This document shows, in pieces, positions 46,396 to 56,037 of a stretch of DNA of 64,000 bases (position 1 is its first letter; the number at the start of each line of letters is the position of its first letter). This DNA comes from Clostridia bacterium. GTDB taxonomy: Bacteria; Bacillota; Clostridia; Oscillospirales; CAG-272. The notes under the pieces were generated by a model. It was not told the origin of the DNA. It ran no database searches and saw nothing but the letters and a program-made list of their open reading frames with translations. Made by a program: the position numbers and the translations under genes. The stretch lies in the NCBI GenBank assembly GCA_017483195.1, contig JAFULR010000016.1:73310-137309 (forward strand). Direction: 5' to 3'.

Positions 46396-48375
46396 TTGAA
46401 TAATTTACAGGAAAACGGATTATTTAACGATAAAAAAAGTAAAAAAATAGAAAAAGGCCAAAAGAAGAGAAATTATGGTCAGATCATCTTTTTCTTGTCT
46501 CTTTGGGCTGAAAAAATCTCCAGAACTATAAAGGGTAGCTTTATAGGATATATTTTTTCAGGGCTTTATGCTAAATTAGAGAGTCTTTGGGAAAAGGGAA
46601 GTCTGCATCATTTCATTAAGAAAAAGTCCATATTCGGAAGCTTTGCTCTGCGAAACAGGGTGGCAAAGCTTTATGAAGAGAGCTTTGTATGCAGGCTGGT
46701 GACTGAAATATCATCGCGCATGATTCAATCATACCTCAGAATATGGGGAGTATCTTTATTCTCGTTCGCGTTTGTTACTGTGTTTATATCGATGCTTAAA
46801 TATTATTTTACTTCCGATATAGATATGTTTAACGTGTTTATTGGAATTGTGCTCTCCGTGCTTGCCATACCGTTGCTCGCATCCAAAAGAAGATTGGGCG
46901 AAGCGTTGGTAAAAAGCAGAGTATCATATTACGTTATAAATCATATTCTGCATCTTGACGAGAGCAAGTTTGAAGCGGATAATTCGGTTTCCGGAGGCAG
47001 CTATCCGATAGTATTTACCGTTTCGGCATTTCTTGGACTTATAACATATCTTGTAAATCCAATTATCCTTATCGACATTCTCTTTGTCATGATTTTTATG
47101 GCACTTATAATGTGCTTCCCTGAATTGGGAGTGATTTCGATGCTCGGTATCGTTCCTTTTTTGAGCGTGTTTGAAAGACCGTCAATGATAACCTTGTTTT
47201 TGGTTATTGTTTCTTTGCTTGGATTTTTCTCAAAATTTATGAGGGGAAAGAGAGTACTTGCATTTGAGCTGATAGATATTTTAGTGCTGTTATTTGGCAC
47301 ATTGATGCTGTTTGGCGGAATATTTACGCGCGGAGGCGTTCCATCATTGCTTTCTGCAGCTATGTATTTTGCTTTTATCCTTACCTATTTTTTGATAGTA
47401 AACTCATACATCAGAAAGACCTGGATATACAGAAGTGTAAAGCTGATGGTCATAAGCACGTCGGTCGTGGCTTTGGTGGGAATTTTTGAGGATGGCGTTG
47501 TAAGCTCATCATTTGTGGATATGTCGGTATTTGCCGATATTGGGGCGAGAGTAAGCTCATTTTTGGGCAATCCCAATATGCTAGGCGTATATCTTGTTAT
47601 GGTATTTCCTTTCTGTGTATCACAGATGCTCAGCTCGGAAAAGAGAATTAATAAATTTTTATACGCTCTTTGCTCGCTTTCTGTTCTGATTTGCACGGTT
47701 ATGACCTGGTCCCGCGGAGCGTGGCTTGGCATTATGGTATCAATTGTATTAGTTGCGTTGCTGTATAATTTTAAAACCGTGTGGTTTTTCGCATCCGCTG
47801 TAATTACAATGCCGATTTGGTTGGATCTTGTTCCTCAGAACATATTGAACAGACTGCTGAGTATCGTTACTATGTCCGATAGCTCGGTTATATACCGCTT
47901 CAATACCTGGCGCGGAGTGCTTAATATGATTGGGGATAATCTTTTGTCGGGAATAGGAGTTGGCGAGAGCGCGTTCAAGCGTATTTACTCATTGTATGCC
48001 GTTCCCGGAACTGAATCCGTTATGCACTCTCACAATTTGTTTTTGCAGATAACTCTTGAGCTTGGCATTGCGGGCATCGTGCTTTTCGCGTTGATAATTT
48101 TCACTTATACACAAAAATCCCTTGAGGCTGTAAAATACGGAAGAAGGGACAGTAAATCAAGATCACTTATAATCGCATCATTTTCGGGTATAATCGGAGC
48201 TCTTGTTATGGGAATTACCGATCATATCTGGTATAATTACCGAGTTTTTTTGGTTTTCTGGGCGGTAATGGCTCTCGGCGTAGCGCTTGTCAGAATAAAT
48301 GACAAGGAAAAGGCAAAGAAGGAAGCCGCAAACTCCGAGGATCCTCGAAGAGCTGACGTCGATATATACATTTGA
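46396..48375 (+). CDS. O-antigen ligase (Wzy_C) family polytopic membrane protein
   Basis: About 12 or more TM segments. TWSRGAWLGIMVS...HSHNLFLQI is typical of the O-antigen ligase domain. TTG 46396 lies 7 nt after AAGGAG; the track ORF starts at 46306, inside trmD. Confidence 0.65.
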   Translation: MNNLQENGLFNDKKSKKIEKGQKKRNYGQIIFFLSLWAEKISRTIKGSFIGYIFSGLYAKLESLWEKGSLHHFIKKKSIFGSFALRNRVAKLYEESFVCRLVTEISSRMIQSYLRIWGVSLFSFAFVTVFISMLKYYFTSDIDMFNVFIGIVLSVLAIPLLASKRRLGEALVKSRVSYYVINHILHLDESKFEADNSVSGGSYPIVFTVSAFLGLITYLVNPIILIDILFVMIFMALIMCFPELGVISMLGIVPFLSVFERPSMITLFLVIVSLLGFFSKFMRGKRVLAFELIDILVLLFGTLMLFGGIFTRGGVPSLLSAAMYFAFILTYFLIVNSYIRKTWIYRSVKLMVISTSVVALVGIFEDGVVSSSFVDMSVFADIGARVSSFLGNPNMLGVYLVMVFPFCVSQMLSSEKRINKFLYALCSLSVLICTVMTWSRGAWLGIMVSIVLVALLYNFKTVWFFASAVITMPIWLDLVPQNILNRLLSIVTMSDSSVIYRFNTWRGVLNMIGDNLLSGIGVGESAFKRIYSLYAVPGTESVMHSHNLFLQITLELGIAGIVLFALIIFTYTQKSLEAVKYGRRDSKSRSLIIASFSGIIGALVMGITDHIWYNYRVFLVFWAVMALGVALVRINDKEKAKKEAANSEDPRRADVDIYI

Positions 48376-48392
48376 TTGATTTTGGAGGCAAT

Positions 48393-48899
48393 ATGGAAAA
48401 TAATATAAAAAATACCGAAAAAAAGAGAAGGAGATTTAATGCCTTTGATCTTTTGATATTGGTAATCGCTTTGGCAGTTGCTTTTGCTGCATTTTGGATT
48501 ATTGATCCGTTGTATTTGTTCTCGGCTGACGAAAAGCAGCCCGTTACGCTCACATACGTTGTGGTATTCCGCGGAGTTGATGATGACGTAAAGAACGGAA
48601 TGAAGATGGGTGACACAGTTACCGCCGGCTCAACAAGTGAGGTGCTTGGTAAGGTAACTGCAATAAAAACAAAAGAGGCGGTCGTGTGGGAACACATTGA
48701 AGGTAACGATACGATGGTAAAGAAAACCCTTGAGGGCAAGAGCGACGTTTACGTTACTGTCAAGGTTGACTGCCAGTATGAAAAAGGCATTGGATATACC
48801 GTTAACGGTCAACAGATAGCCTACGGTACAAGGCTTTCATTAAGACTTTCAGGTTTTGTGGGTGTGGGCGAATGCGTTTCACTCAGTGTGGATAAATAA
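48393..48899 (+). CDS. DUF4330-like single-TM protein
   Basis: N-terminal RRFNAFDLLILVIALAV anchor followed by a beta-rich domain. RBS GGAGG. Paralog of the next gene. Confidence 0.5.
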   Translation: MENNIKNTEKKRRRFNAFDLLILVIALAVAFAAFWIIDPLYLFSADEKQPVTLTYVVVFRGVDDDVKNGMKMGDTVTAGSTSEVLGKVTAIKTKEAVVWEHIEGNDTMVKKTLEGKSDVYVTVKVDCQYEKGIGYTVNGQQIAYGTRLSLRLSGFVGVGECVSLSVDK

Positions 48900-48910
48900 G
48901 GGGGTAGAGT

Positions 48911-49417
48911 ATGGATAACGAAAACAAAAAAAGCAGATTTAATGCCATAGACGGCGTTATAATACTCCTCGCTCTTCTTTGCCTTGTTGCTATTGCGTAT
49001 AAGGCCATTACCTTTAACGATAATACCATAAATGCGGATCTCAAGGAATACCGCGTTCATTTTAAGGTGGATAATATAAGCAGCTCCGCTTACGATTATT
49101 TCGTAAAGGGAGATACTATGAGAATAAAATCAACTAACAGAGTGTTTGGCACTTTAGAGGGCATAAATCAGCACCTTCCGGCTGTTGGCGCATATAATGA
49201 AAATGGGGGAAAGGTTCTTTACCCCACGGTTGATAAACCCACTATCTATAATGATACAAGATACTCCTTATCGGGTTACGTTACTGTAAGGGGCGAGATG
49301 ACCGAATACGGATTTTTGCTCAATGGAGATACGTATATTTCATCAAACTCTACGCTTGATATAATCAGCGAGCATATTGAAACCACGATAAGAATAATTG
49401 ACATTATCGAAAAATAA
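48911..49417 (+). CDS. DUF4330-like single-TM protein (paralog)
   Basis: N-terminal SRFNAIDGVIILLALLCL anchor. Same architecture and length as 48393-48899. Confidence 0.5.
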   Translation: MDNENKKSRFNAIDGVIILLALLCLVAIAYKAITFNDNTINADLKEYRVHFKVDNISSSAYDYFVKGDTMRIKSTNRVFGTLEGINQHLPAVGAYNENGGKVLYPTVDKPTIYNDTRYSLSGYVTVRGEMTEYGFLLNGDTYISSNSTLDIISEHIETTIRIIDIIEK

Positions 49418-49604
49418 GATTTAGGGTGCATATTTTTTGCAAAAATGTGCAAAATTGTTAAAAAAATAATTATTTTCGCCAAAAGTTTATGCAAGTGTAC
49501 AAATACTTTTTCTTGATTTTATCTGCTTAACTTGATATAATATACTTATAAAACTATCTAACTTTTTAATTATATTTGAGTAGAGTGAAATTAGGAGTGT
49601 AACT

Positions 49605-49877
49605 ATGATTACTAAAGAGGTAAAAATTTCAAATGCAATAGGACTTCACGCAAGGCCCGCCACCTTCTTTATTCAAAAGGCAAATACGTATAATAGCACC
49701 ATTTGGGTTGAAAAGGATGACAGAAGGGTAAATGCAAAAAGCCTCTTAGGTGTTCTTTCATTGGGTATTGCCAAGGGAATGACCATTGTTCTCACTGCTG
49801 AGGGTCAGGACGAGGAGCTTGCAATAGAAGGACTTACCAAGCTTATCGATACAGGCTTTGAGGAGCAGCTGTTCTGA
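49605..49877 (+). CDS. ptsH: phosphocarrier protein HPr
   Basis: 90 aa. His15 context GLHARPA and Ser46 context NAKSLLGVLSLG. Confidence 0.88.
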   Translation: MITKEVKISNAIGLHARPATFFIQKANTYNSTIWVEKDDRRVNAKSLLGVLSLGIAKGMTIVLTAEGQDEELAIEGLTKLIDTGFEEQLF

Positions 49878-49897
49878 TTGCTTAAATTTAAGATTTT

Positions 49898-49924
49898 GGC
49901 GGGGAGTTTCTCCCCGCCGTTTTA
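49898..49924 (+). terminator. intrinsic terminator of ptsH
   Basis: GGCGGGGAG-TTT-CTCCCCGCC followed by GTTTT. Confidence 0.75.
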
Positions 49925-49953
49925 CTCTGAAAATGTGAAAGGAGCGTGATTAT

Positions 49954-51774
49954 ATGCCAACAAAAGCTGAGTTGCTTATTAAAGCCAACGGACTGCCGCT
50001 TTGCGCGGGGGTCTATATTATGCGTGACAGAGCCGGCAAGGTGATTTACGTCGGCAAGAGCGCAAAGCTTAAAAATCGCGTTTCTCAGTATTTTCAGAAC
50101 AGTGAAAAAAATGTGAAGACCGCCAAGATGGTGGCGAATGTTTTTGATTTTGACTATATACTCTGTGATACCGAGATGGAGGCGCTCACGCTTGAAAACT
50201 CACTTATCAAGCAGTATTCTCCTAAATATAATATCAGACTTAAGGATTCAAAATCATATCCCTATATAAAGGTAACTGACGAGGAATATCCTCGCATAGT
50301 TTTCACAAGAACACGCCTTTCGGACAGGGCAAAATATTTTGGACCGTTCGGCGGCGCGGGTACTGTTTTTGAAATTATGTCACTGTTACAAAAAACACTC
50401 GGAATTCCAAGCTGCAAGCTCTCCTTTCCGCGCGATATCGGAAAGGGACGTGAGTGCCTTTACTACCAGATGAAGCAATGCTGCGGAGTGTGCCGTGGGC
50501 ACGTTTCGGCAGAGGAATACGGCGAGCTTATAAAATGCGCTCTTGACATACTCAAGGGCAACACAAGAGGAGCAATATCCTCTCTTGAAGAAAAGATGTA
50601 CGCATACAGCGAGGCAGAGAAATACGAGGCGGCTATGAAATGTCGCGATACTATCCGCGCACTCGAGAAGATAAGGGAAAAGCAGAAGGTGGTGGATTCA
50701 CCCGATGCGGAATACGACGTTATTGCGCTCTATTCGGAGGAGCTTTGCTCCTGCCTCTCTATATATTCCGTAAGAGAGGGCATACTCGGCGGTAAAAACG
50801 ACTACGTTTTCGGTTCGGACAAGCTGCTTGACGAGGCATCGCTCACCGCGTTTTTGGTTGATTATTATTCACATTCTGACGGAATACCCAAAAGAATTGT
50901 TTTTGACAGTAGCGTATCGGTTGAGGAGGAGCTTTTGTCAGACTTTTTGAGCGATCAGGCGGGCAAACGTGTAACTCTATGGACACCTCAGCGCACCGAA
51001 ATGAAAAAGCTTTGTGCGATGATATTTGCAAATGCTAAAGAAAAAGCGAATGCTTACGTTAAGGAATATGAAAAGGACAATTCTACCCTGTTCCGACTTG
51101 CTGAGATACTTGGACTTGAGAGCTTGCCCGAAAGGATGGAGGCTTATGATATTTCAAATATAGGCGCAGAGCATAAGACGGGTGGAATGGTGGTATATGT
51201 TGACGGTAAGCCTAAAAAGAGCGATTATCGCACCTTTACCATAAAAGACGTGGATGGAACCGACGATTATGCGTGTATGCGAGAAACATTGCGCCGCAGA
51301 CTCGCTCATCTTTCCGATGAGCGAGGATCTATGAGTGAATACCCCGATCTTTTGCTCATAGACGGCGGCAGGACGCACGTTATGGCAGTTAAAGAAGTGC
51401 TTGCCGATATGGGACTTGAAATTCCCGTCTTCGGTATGGTAAAGGATGATTTCCATAAAACTAGAGCTCTTTGTACCGAGAGCGAGGAGATAAGCATAGC
51501 GCGTGAGCAGGCTGTTTACGGGCTTATATACCGTGTTCAGGAGGAGGTACACAGATACACTGTGTCAAGAATGAGCGCGGCAAAATCAAAGACCGTTAAG
51601 CACTCTTCTCTTGAAAGGATCAACGGTATCGGTGCGGCAAAGGCAAGGTTGCTTTTGGCAAAATTCGGAAGCCTGAATGCCATAAAATCCGCAACTGAGG
51701 AGGAGCTTTCTTTAACGAAGAGTATAAGTAAGGCGGACGCTAAAAATATTTATAATTATTTTCACGGAGATTGA
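49954..51774 (+). CDS. uvrC: excinuclease ABC subunit C
   Basis: 606 aa. GIY-YIG domain (GVYIMRD...VIYVGKS), UVR domain and a C-terminal HhH. Confidence 0.93.
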   Translation: MPTKAELLIKANGLPLCAGVYIMRDRAGKVIYVGKSAKLKNRVSQYFQNSEKNVKTAKMVANVFDFDYILCDTEMEALTLENSLIKQYSPKYNIRLKDSKSYPYIKVTDEEYPRIVFTRTRLSDRAKYFGPFGGAGTVFEIMSLLQKTLGIPSCKLSFPRDIGKGRECLYYQMKQCCGVCRGHVSAEEYGELIKCALDILKGNTRGAISSLEEKMYAYSEAEKYEAAMKCRDTIRALEKIREKQKVVDSPDAEYDVIALYSEELCSCLSIYSVREGILGGKNDYVFGSDKLLDEASLTAFLVDYYSHSDGIPKRIVFDSSVSVEEELLSDFLSDQAGKRVTLWTPQRTEMKKLCAMIFANAKEKANAYVKEYEKDNSTLFRLAEILGLESLPERMEAYDISNIGAEHKTGGMVVYVDGKPKKSDYRTFTIKDVDGTDDYACMRETLRRRLAHLSDERGSMSEYPDLLLIDGGRTHVMAVKEVLADMGLEIPVFGMVKDDFHKTRALCTESEEISIAREQAVYGLIYRVQEEVHRYTVSRMSAAKSKTVKHSSLERINGIGAAKARLLLAKFGSLNAIKSATEEELSLTKSISKADAKNIYNYFHGD

Positions 51775-51775
51775 T

Positions 51776-52339
51776 ATGAGAATTATTACCGGAAAAGCAC
51801 GCGGAGTGCGTCTTGAAACTCTTGAGGGGCTTAACACGCGTCCTACAAGCGAGAGAAGTAAGGAAGCAATATTTTCAATGCTTCAGTTTGATATAGCGGG
51901 TGCCACCGTATTGGATCTGTTTGCGGGCTCGGGACAAATGGGGCTTGAGGCGGCGAGCAGGGGAGCGGAACGTGTTTATCTTGTTGATAAGAGCAGGGAT
52001 GCCTTTAAAATAGTAAGCAAAAATATCGAGAAAACGCGCCTATCTGACACGGTCACGGCAAGAAACGAGGATTCGATCACTTTTGTAAAAAAATGTGATG
52101 CGAAAACGAAATTCGATATCGTTTTTCTTGATCCGCCATACGCAACCGATCTTATCGATGAATCCCTCACCGTCCTTTTTGAGCGAGAGCTTATTGGTGA
52201 TGAGTCCGTCATTGTTTGCGAGAGCGACAGGTTTGAAATTTTGGGGCTTGAAAATTCTCAGAAATATGATATAATCAAAACAATGAAGCACGGAGTTGCG
52301 CACATTTCCGTGTTAAGAATAAAAAGTGAGGCGATTTAA
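51776..52339 (+). CDS. rsmD: 16S rRNA (guanine966-N2)-methyltransferase RsmD
   Basis: 187 aa. DLFAGSGQMGLEA and LDPPY motifs. Confidence 0.88.
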   Translation: MRIITGKARGVRLETLEGLNTRPTSERSKEAIFSMLQFDIAGATVLDLFAGSGQMGLEAASRGAERVYLVDKSRDAFKIVSKNIEKTRLSDTVTARNEDSITFVKKCDAKTKFDIVFLDPPYATDLIDESLTVLFERELIGDESVIVCESDRFEILGLENSQKYDIIKTMKHGVAHISVLRIKSEAI

Positions 52340-52819
52340 TTGAAAATTGCAGTAGTTCCCGGCAGCTTTGATCCAATGACTGTGGGACATGTTAATATTA
52401 TTGAGCGAGCGGCGCTTTTGTTTGACAAGGTTTATGTGGCGGTGATGATAAATGACGCCAAAAGCTATATGTTTACTCCCGCGCAAAGAACGGAGATAGC
52501 AAGGCTTTCCCTTGAGCATATTCCAAACGTTGAGGTTATATTTGACGGTGGAATGCTCGCATCTCTTGCCGAGCGTCTTGGAGCATGCGCAATAGTCAAG
52601 GGAATACGCGACGATAAGGATTATCACTATGAGTTTGAAATGGCTCAGTATAATCACCGTATGAATCCCAATGTTCAAACGGTTTTTCTTCCGTGTGACG
52701 AGGGAGCGCGTGAGATCAGCTCCACGGCAGTGCGCAAAAGACTTGATATTGGTGATGATATATCTGACGTAGTTGCGCGCGGCGTGACAGAATATCTTAA
52801 AGAAATAGTTATAAAATGA
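52340..52819 (+). CDS. coaD: pantetheine-phosphate adenylyltransferase
   Basis: 159 aa. PGSFDPMTVGHVNII and ISSTAVR motifs. TTG start abuts the rsmD stop. Confidence 0.92.
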   Translation: MKIAVVPGSFDPMTVGHVNIIERAALLFDKVYVAVMINDAKSYMFTPAQRTEIARLSLEHIPNVEVIFDGGMLASLAERLGACAIVKGIRDDKDYHYEFEMAQYNHRMNPNVQTVFLPCDEGAREISSTAVRKRLDIGDDISDVVARGVTEYLKEIVIK

Positions 52820-52823
52820 TAAA

Positions 52824-52849
52824 AAGCAAGGGAAGACCTTGCTTTTTTC
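52824..52849 (+). terminator. intrinsic terminator of coaD
   Basis: AAGCAAGG-GAAGA-CCTTGCTT followed by TTTTT. Confidence 0.8.
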
Positions 52850-52915
52850 GATTGTAATAAATTTTTTGTAATGCTCATATATTTGACCGAGAAAGATTTT
52901 TTGGAGGAGCTTGAT

Positions 52916-54394
52916 ATGAGCGAACATACTATTTACAGCGATATAGCGCGCAGAACGGGCGGAGATATCTATATAGGTGTGGTGGGGCCGGTAAGAAGCG
53001 GCAAATCCACGTTTATCAAAAGATTTATGGAATCCCTTGTTTTACCCAATATTAAAGAGGGATATGACCGTGACAGAGCGCGCGACGAGCTTCCGCAGAG
53101 CGCGGGCGGTAAAACGGTAATGACAACGGAGCCTAAGTTTATTCCCGACGCGGCAGTGACCGTGGAGATGGGAGAGGGCGAGAGAATGCGCGTTAAAATG
53201 ATAGATTGCGTGGGCTACGTTGTCCCGGATGCTCTCGGAACTATAGAGGAGGGACAGCCGAGAATGGTGCGTACTCCCTGGCAAAGTGATCCCATGCCCT
53301 TTACCGCGGCGGCAGAGCTTGGAACTAAAAAGGTGATCAACGAGCATTCCACCATTGGAATTCTTGTTTCGACAGACGGAAGCATTGGAGAGATACCTCG
53401 GGATAGCTATGTTTTTGCAGAGGAGAGGATAGTAAAGGAGCTTCGTGCTATAGGAAAGCCTTTCGCTATAGTTTTGAATTCCGCTCATCCAACAGATCCT
53501 CAAAGCATAGCTCTTGGCGAGGAGCTTGAAGAAAAATATGGCGCTCCCGTGGCGCTTGTGAACTGCTTGGAGCTTAACGGAGAGGATATAAAAAATATTC
53601 TTCAGATGATCTTGTGTGAGTTTCCCGTGACGGAGGTGAAGGTTAAGCTTCCCGAGTGGATGAAGGCGCTCGAGCCATCACACCCGGTTAAACGTTCCAT
53701 AAGCGACTCGGTCTGCAAGTGCGCGGATGAAATTCGCAGAGCGGGGGATATAAAAAAGGGCTTTTCGGCGTTGCGCGAGAACGACAACGTAAGGGACGTT
53801 ATATTTGAGAGCGTTGATTACGGCTGCGGCAGGGCTGTGCTCTCCGTTGTTTGCACAAGGGAGCTGTATTTTAAAACTCTTTGCGAGCTTACTGGCTTTG
53901 ATATCTCGAGTGAGGAGCAGCTTGTGAGAATGTTGAGGGAATATTCAAAAAAGAAGAGCGAGTTTGACCGCGTTGCAGAAGCACTCACGCAGGCGGACGA
54001 AAAGGGATACGGTATAGTTATGCCGGACGTGAGTGCCTTGCATCTTGAAGAGCCCGAGATCGTTAAGCAGGCGGGCGGATACGGAGTTAAGCTTCGCGCC
54101 AGCGCGCAGTCCATTCATATGATCCGTGCCAATATTGAAACTGAGATAAGCCCCATAGTCGGTACTGAGGCGCAGAGCGAGGATCTTGTTCGTTATATGC
54201 TTGAGGAATTTGAAGAGGATCCGCGTAAGATCTGGGAGTCAAATATGTTTGGCAAAAGCCTTTACGAGCTTATGAACGAGGGACTTCACACCAAGCTTGA
54301 GCATATTCCCGACGAGTCGCGCACAAAACTCTCCGAGACCCTTGAGCGCATTATAAACGAAGGCTCTAACGGACTTATTTGCATTATTTTATAA
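52916..54394 (+). CDS. spoIVA: stage IV sporulation protein A (coat-assembly ATPase)
   Basis: 492 aa from ATG 52916 with RBS GGAGG. Walker A GVVGPVRSGKSTFIKRFME. Full-length SpoIVA-like sequence. Confidence 0.92.
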   Translation: MSEHTIYSDIARRTGGDIYIGVVGPVRSGKSTFIKRFMESLVLPNIKEGYDRDRARDELPQSAGGKTVMTTEPKFIPDAAVTVEMGEGERMRVKMIDCVGYVVPDALGTIEEGQPRMVRTPWQSDPMPFTAAAELGTKKVINEHSTIGILVSTDGSIGEIPRDSYVFAEERIVKELRAIGKPFAIVLNSAHPTDPQSIALGEELEEKYGAPVALVNCLELNGEDIKNILQMILCEFPVTEVKVKLPEWMKALEPSHPVKRSISDSVCKCADEIRRAGDIKKGFSALRENDNVRDVIFESVDYGCGRAVLSVVCTRELYFKTLCELTGFDISSEEQLVRMLREYSKKKSEFDRVAEALTQADEKGYGIVMPDVSALHLEEPEIVKQAGGYGVKLRASAQSIHMIRANIETEISPIVGTEAQSEDLVRYMLEEFEEDPRKIWESNMFGKSLYELMNEGLHTKLEHIPDESRTKLSETLERIINEGSNGLICIIL

Positions 54395-54399
54395 ATAAA

Positions 54400-54430
54400 A
54401 AGCACCTCTTGAAAAGAGGTGCTTAAATTT
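54400..54430. terminator. bidirectional intrinsic terminator
   Basis: AAGCACCTCTT-GAA-AAGAGGTGCTT between convergent genes. Confidence 0.8.
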
Positions 54431-54436
54431 TAATGA

Positions 54437-55807
54437 TTATTCAATTCCAAGAATATGTCTTGCAACGTGAACGCCGCTTGCGGATGCGTGGGAGAGGGAG
54501 TGGGTAATACCGCTTCCGTCACCGATTATGTAAAGTCCCTTGTGCTGGCTTTCGAGATTTTCGTCAACCGCAACCTCCATATTATAGAACTTAACCTCAA
54601 CGCCGTAGAGAAGAGTGTCATCGTTCGCAGTACCGGGAGCGATCTTATCAAGGGCATATATCATTTCGATGATGCCGTCGAGAATTCTCTTGGGAAGAAC
54701 GAGTGAAAGATCACCGGGGGTTGCCGCAAGAGTGGGAGTAACTGTACATTCCTCAATTCTCTTAGCGTTACTTCTTCTACCTCTCATAAGGTCGCCAAAG
54801 CGCTGAACTATAACACCGCCGCCAAGCATATTGGAAAGACGTGCGATATTTTCACCGTAGCCGTTTGAATCCTCAAAGGGCTCTGTGAAGTGCTTGGAAA
54901 CGAGGAGAGCAAAGTTAGTATTATCCGTCTGCATGGAGGGATCCTCATATGAGTGACCGTTTACCGTAACGATACCGTTTGTATTCTCGTTAACAACGCT
55001 GCCCTTGGGGTTCATACAGAAGGTGCGAACATTATCCTCAAACTTTTCGGTTCTATATACGATCTTGCTCTCGTAAAGCTCGTCTGTAAGATGTGAAAAT
55101 ACGGATGCGGGAAGCTCAACGCGAACACCGATATCCACGCGGTTGGACTTCTTTTCAAGTCCGAGCTCGTGGCAAACCTTTTCCATCCACTTTGAACCGA
55201 TACGGCCAACGGAAATTATACATTTGTCGCAGTCATATTCGCCCTTTTTAGTGATAACTCTATATCCACCGTCGCTAAGCTTGATATGCTCAACGGGAGT
55301 GCTGAAATAGAAATCAACCTTATCCTTGAGATCGTTATAGATGTTTTCAAGAACGATATAGTTTTTATCCGTTCCAAGGTGGCGTACGGATGCATCAAGA
55401 AGATTGAGCTTATTCTGCAAGCAAAGCTTTTTGAATTTGGAGTTGGCTGTGGAATAGAGCTTTGTACCTTCTCCGCCGTAAGCCATATTTATATCGTCAA
55501 CGTAATGCATAAGCTCGGTAGCGCGTGCCTTGCCGATATATTCGTAAAGCGTACCGCCAAAATTGTTTGTGATATTGTACTTACCGTCAGAGAAAGCACC
55601 TGCGCCGCCGAATCCACTCATAATAGAGCAGGTTTTGCAGCTGATACATGACTTAACTTTCTTGCCGTCTATGGGACAATGTCTTTTGTGAAGGGGATAA
55701 CCCGCTTCAAAAACGGCAATTTTGAGATCACCGTTCTTTTTTACAAGCTCGAATGCGGTGAAAATACCGCCGGGGCCCGCGCCTACGATTATAACGTCAT
55801 ATTTCAT
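54437..55807 (-). CDS. FAD-dependent protein (COG2509-like dehydrogenase)
   Basis: 456 aa. VIIVGAGPGGIFTA dinucleotide fold and Cys-rich segment CPIDGKKVKSCISCKTC. Confidence 0.7.
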   Translation of the reverse strand: MKYDVIIVGAGPGGIFTAFELVKKNGDLKIAVFEAGYPLHKRHCPIDGKKVKSCISCKTCSIMSGFGGAGAFSDGKYNITNNFGGTLYEYIGKARATELMHYVDDINMAYGGEGTKLYSTANSKFKKLCLQNKLNLLDASVRHLGTDKNYIVLENIYNDLKDKVDFYFSTPVEHIKLSDGGYRVITKKGEYDCDKCIISVGRIGSKWMEKVCHELGLEKKSNRVDIGVRVELPASVFSHLTDELYESKIVYRTEKFEDNVRTFCMNPKGSVVNENTNGIVTVNGHSYEDPSMQTDNTNFALLVSKHFTEPFEDSNGYGENIARLSNMLGGGVIVQRFGDLMRGRRSNAKRIEECTVTPTLAATPGDLSLVLPKRILDGIIEMIYALDKIAPGTANDDTLLYGVEVKFYNMEVAVDENLESQHKGLYIIGDGSGITHSLSHASASGVHVARHILGIE

Positions 55808-55830
55808 TATGATATTCTCCTTTTTTGCAT

Positions 55831-55936
55831 AAAAAAGCCGCTTGAACGGTCGTTCGGACTAAAATCCTCAACCTCAAGCGGTCATACCTACGATTTTATT
55901 CCATATCATTATATAACAAATGCAGGGCGTTGTCAA
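55831..55936 (-). promoter_or_regulatory. promoter plus leader terminator-like hairpin upstream of the FAD-dependent gene
   Basis: Minus strand: TTGACA (55936-55931), 17-nt spacer, TATAAT (55913-55908). Then CCGCTTGA...TCAAGCGG stem (55881-55838) followed by TTTTTT, ending 16 nt before the RBS. Confidence 0.55.
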
Positions 55937-56037
55937 GTCCTTTTATACATTTTTGTATATGTTCACAAAAATTTCAAAAGCGTTCATTTTTTGTTGACAT
56001 CAAAATGCTTAGGTGTTACAATTAAGGTAACAAAAAT

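Noticed and set aside
52850-52915. Sigma-E type sporulation promoter upstream of spoIVA (GTAATAA...CATATATT), and a similar CATAGATT upstream of yqfC near 14481
   Set aside because: The matches to the sigma-E consensus are partial, and spacing cannot be validated without TSS data. They are plausible from Bacillus biology but not supportable from sequence alone.
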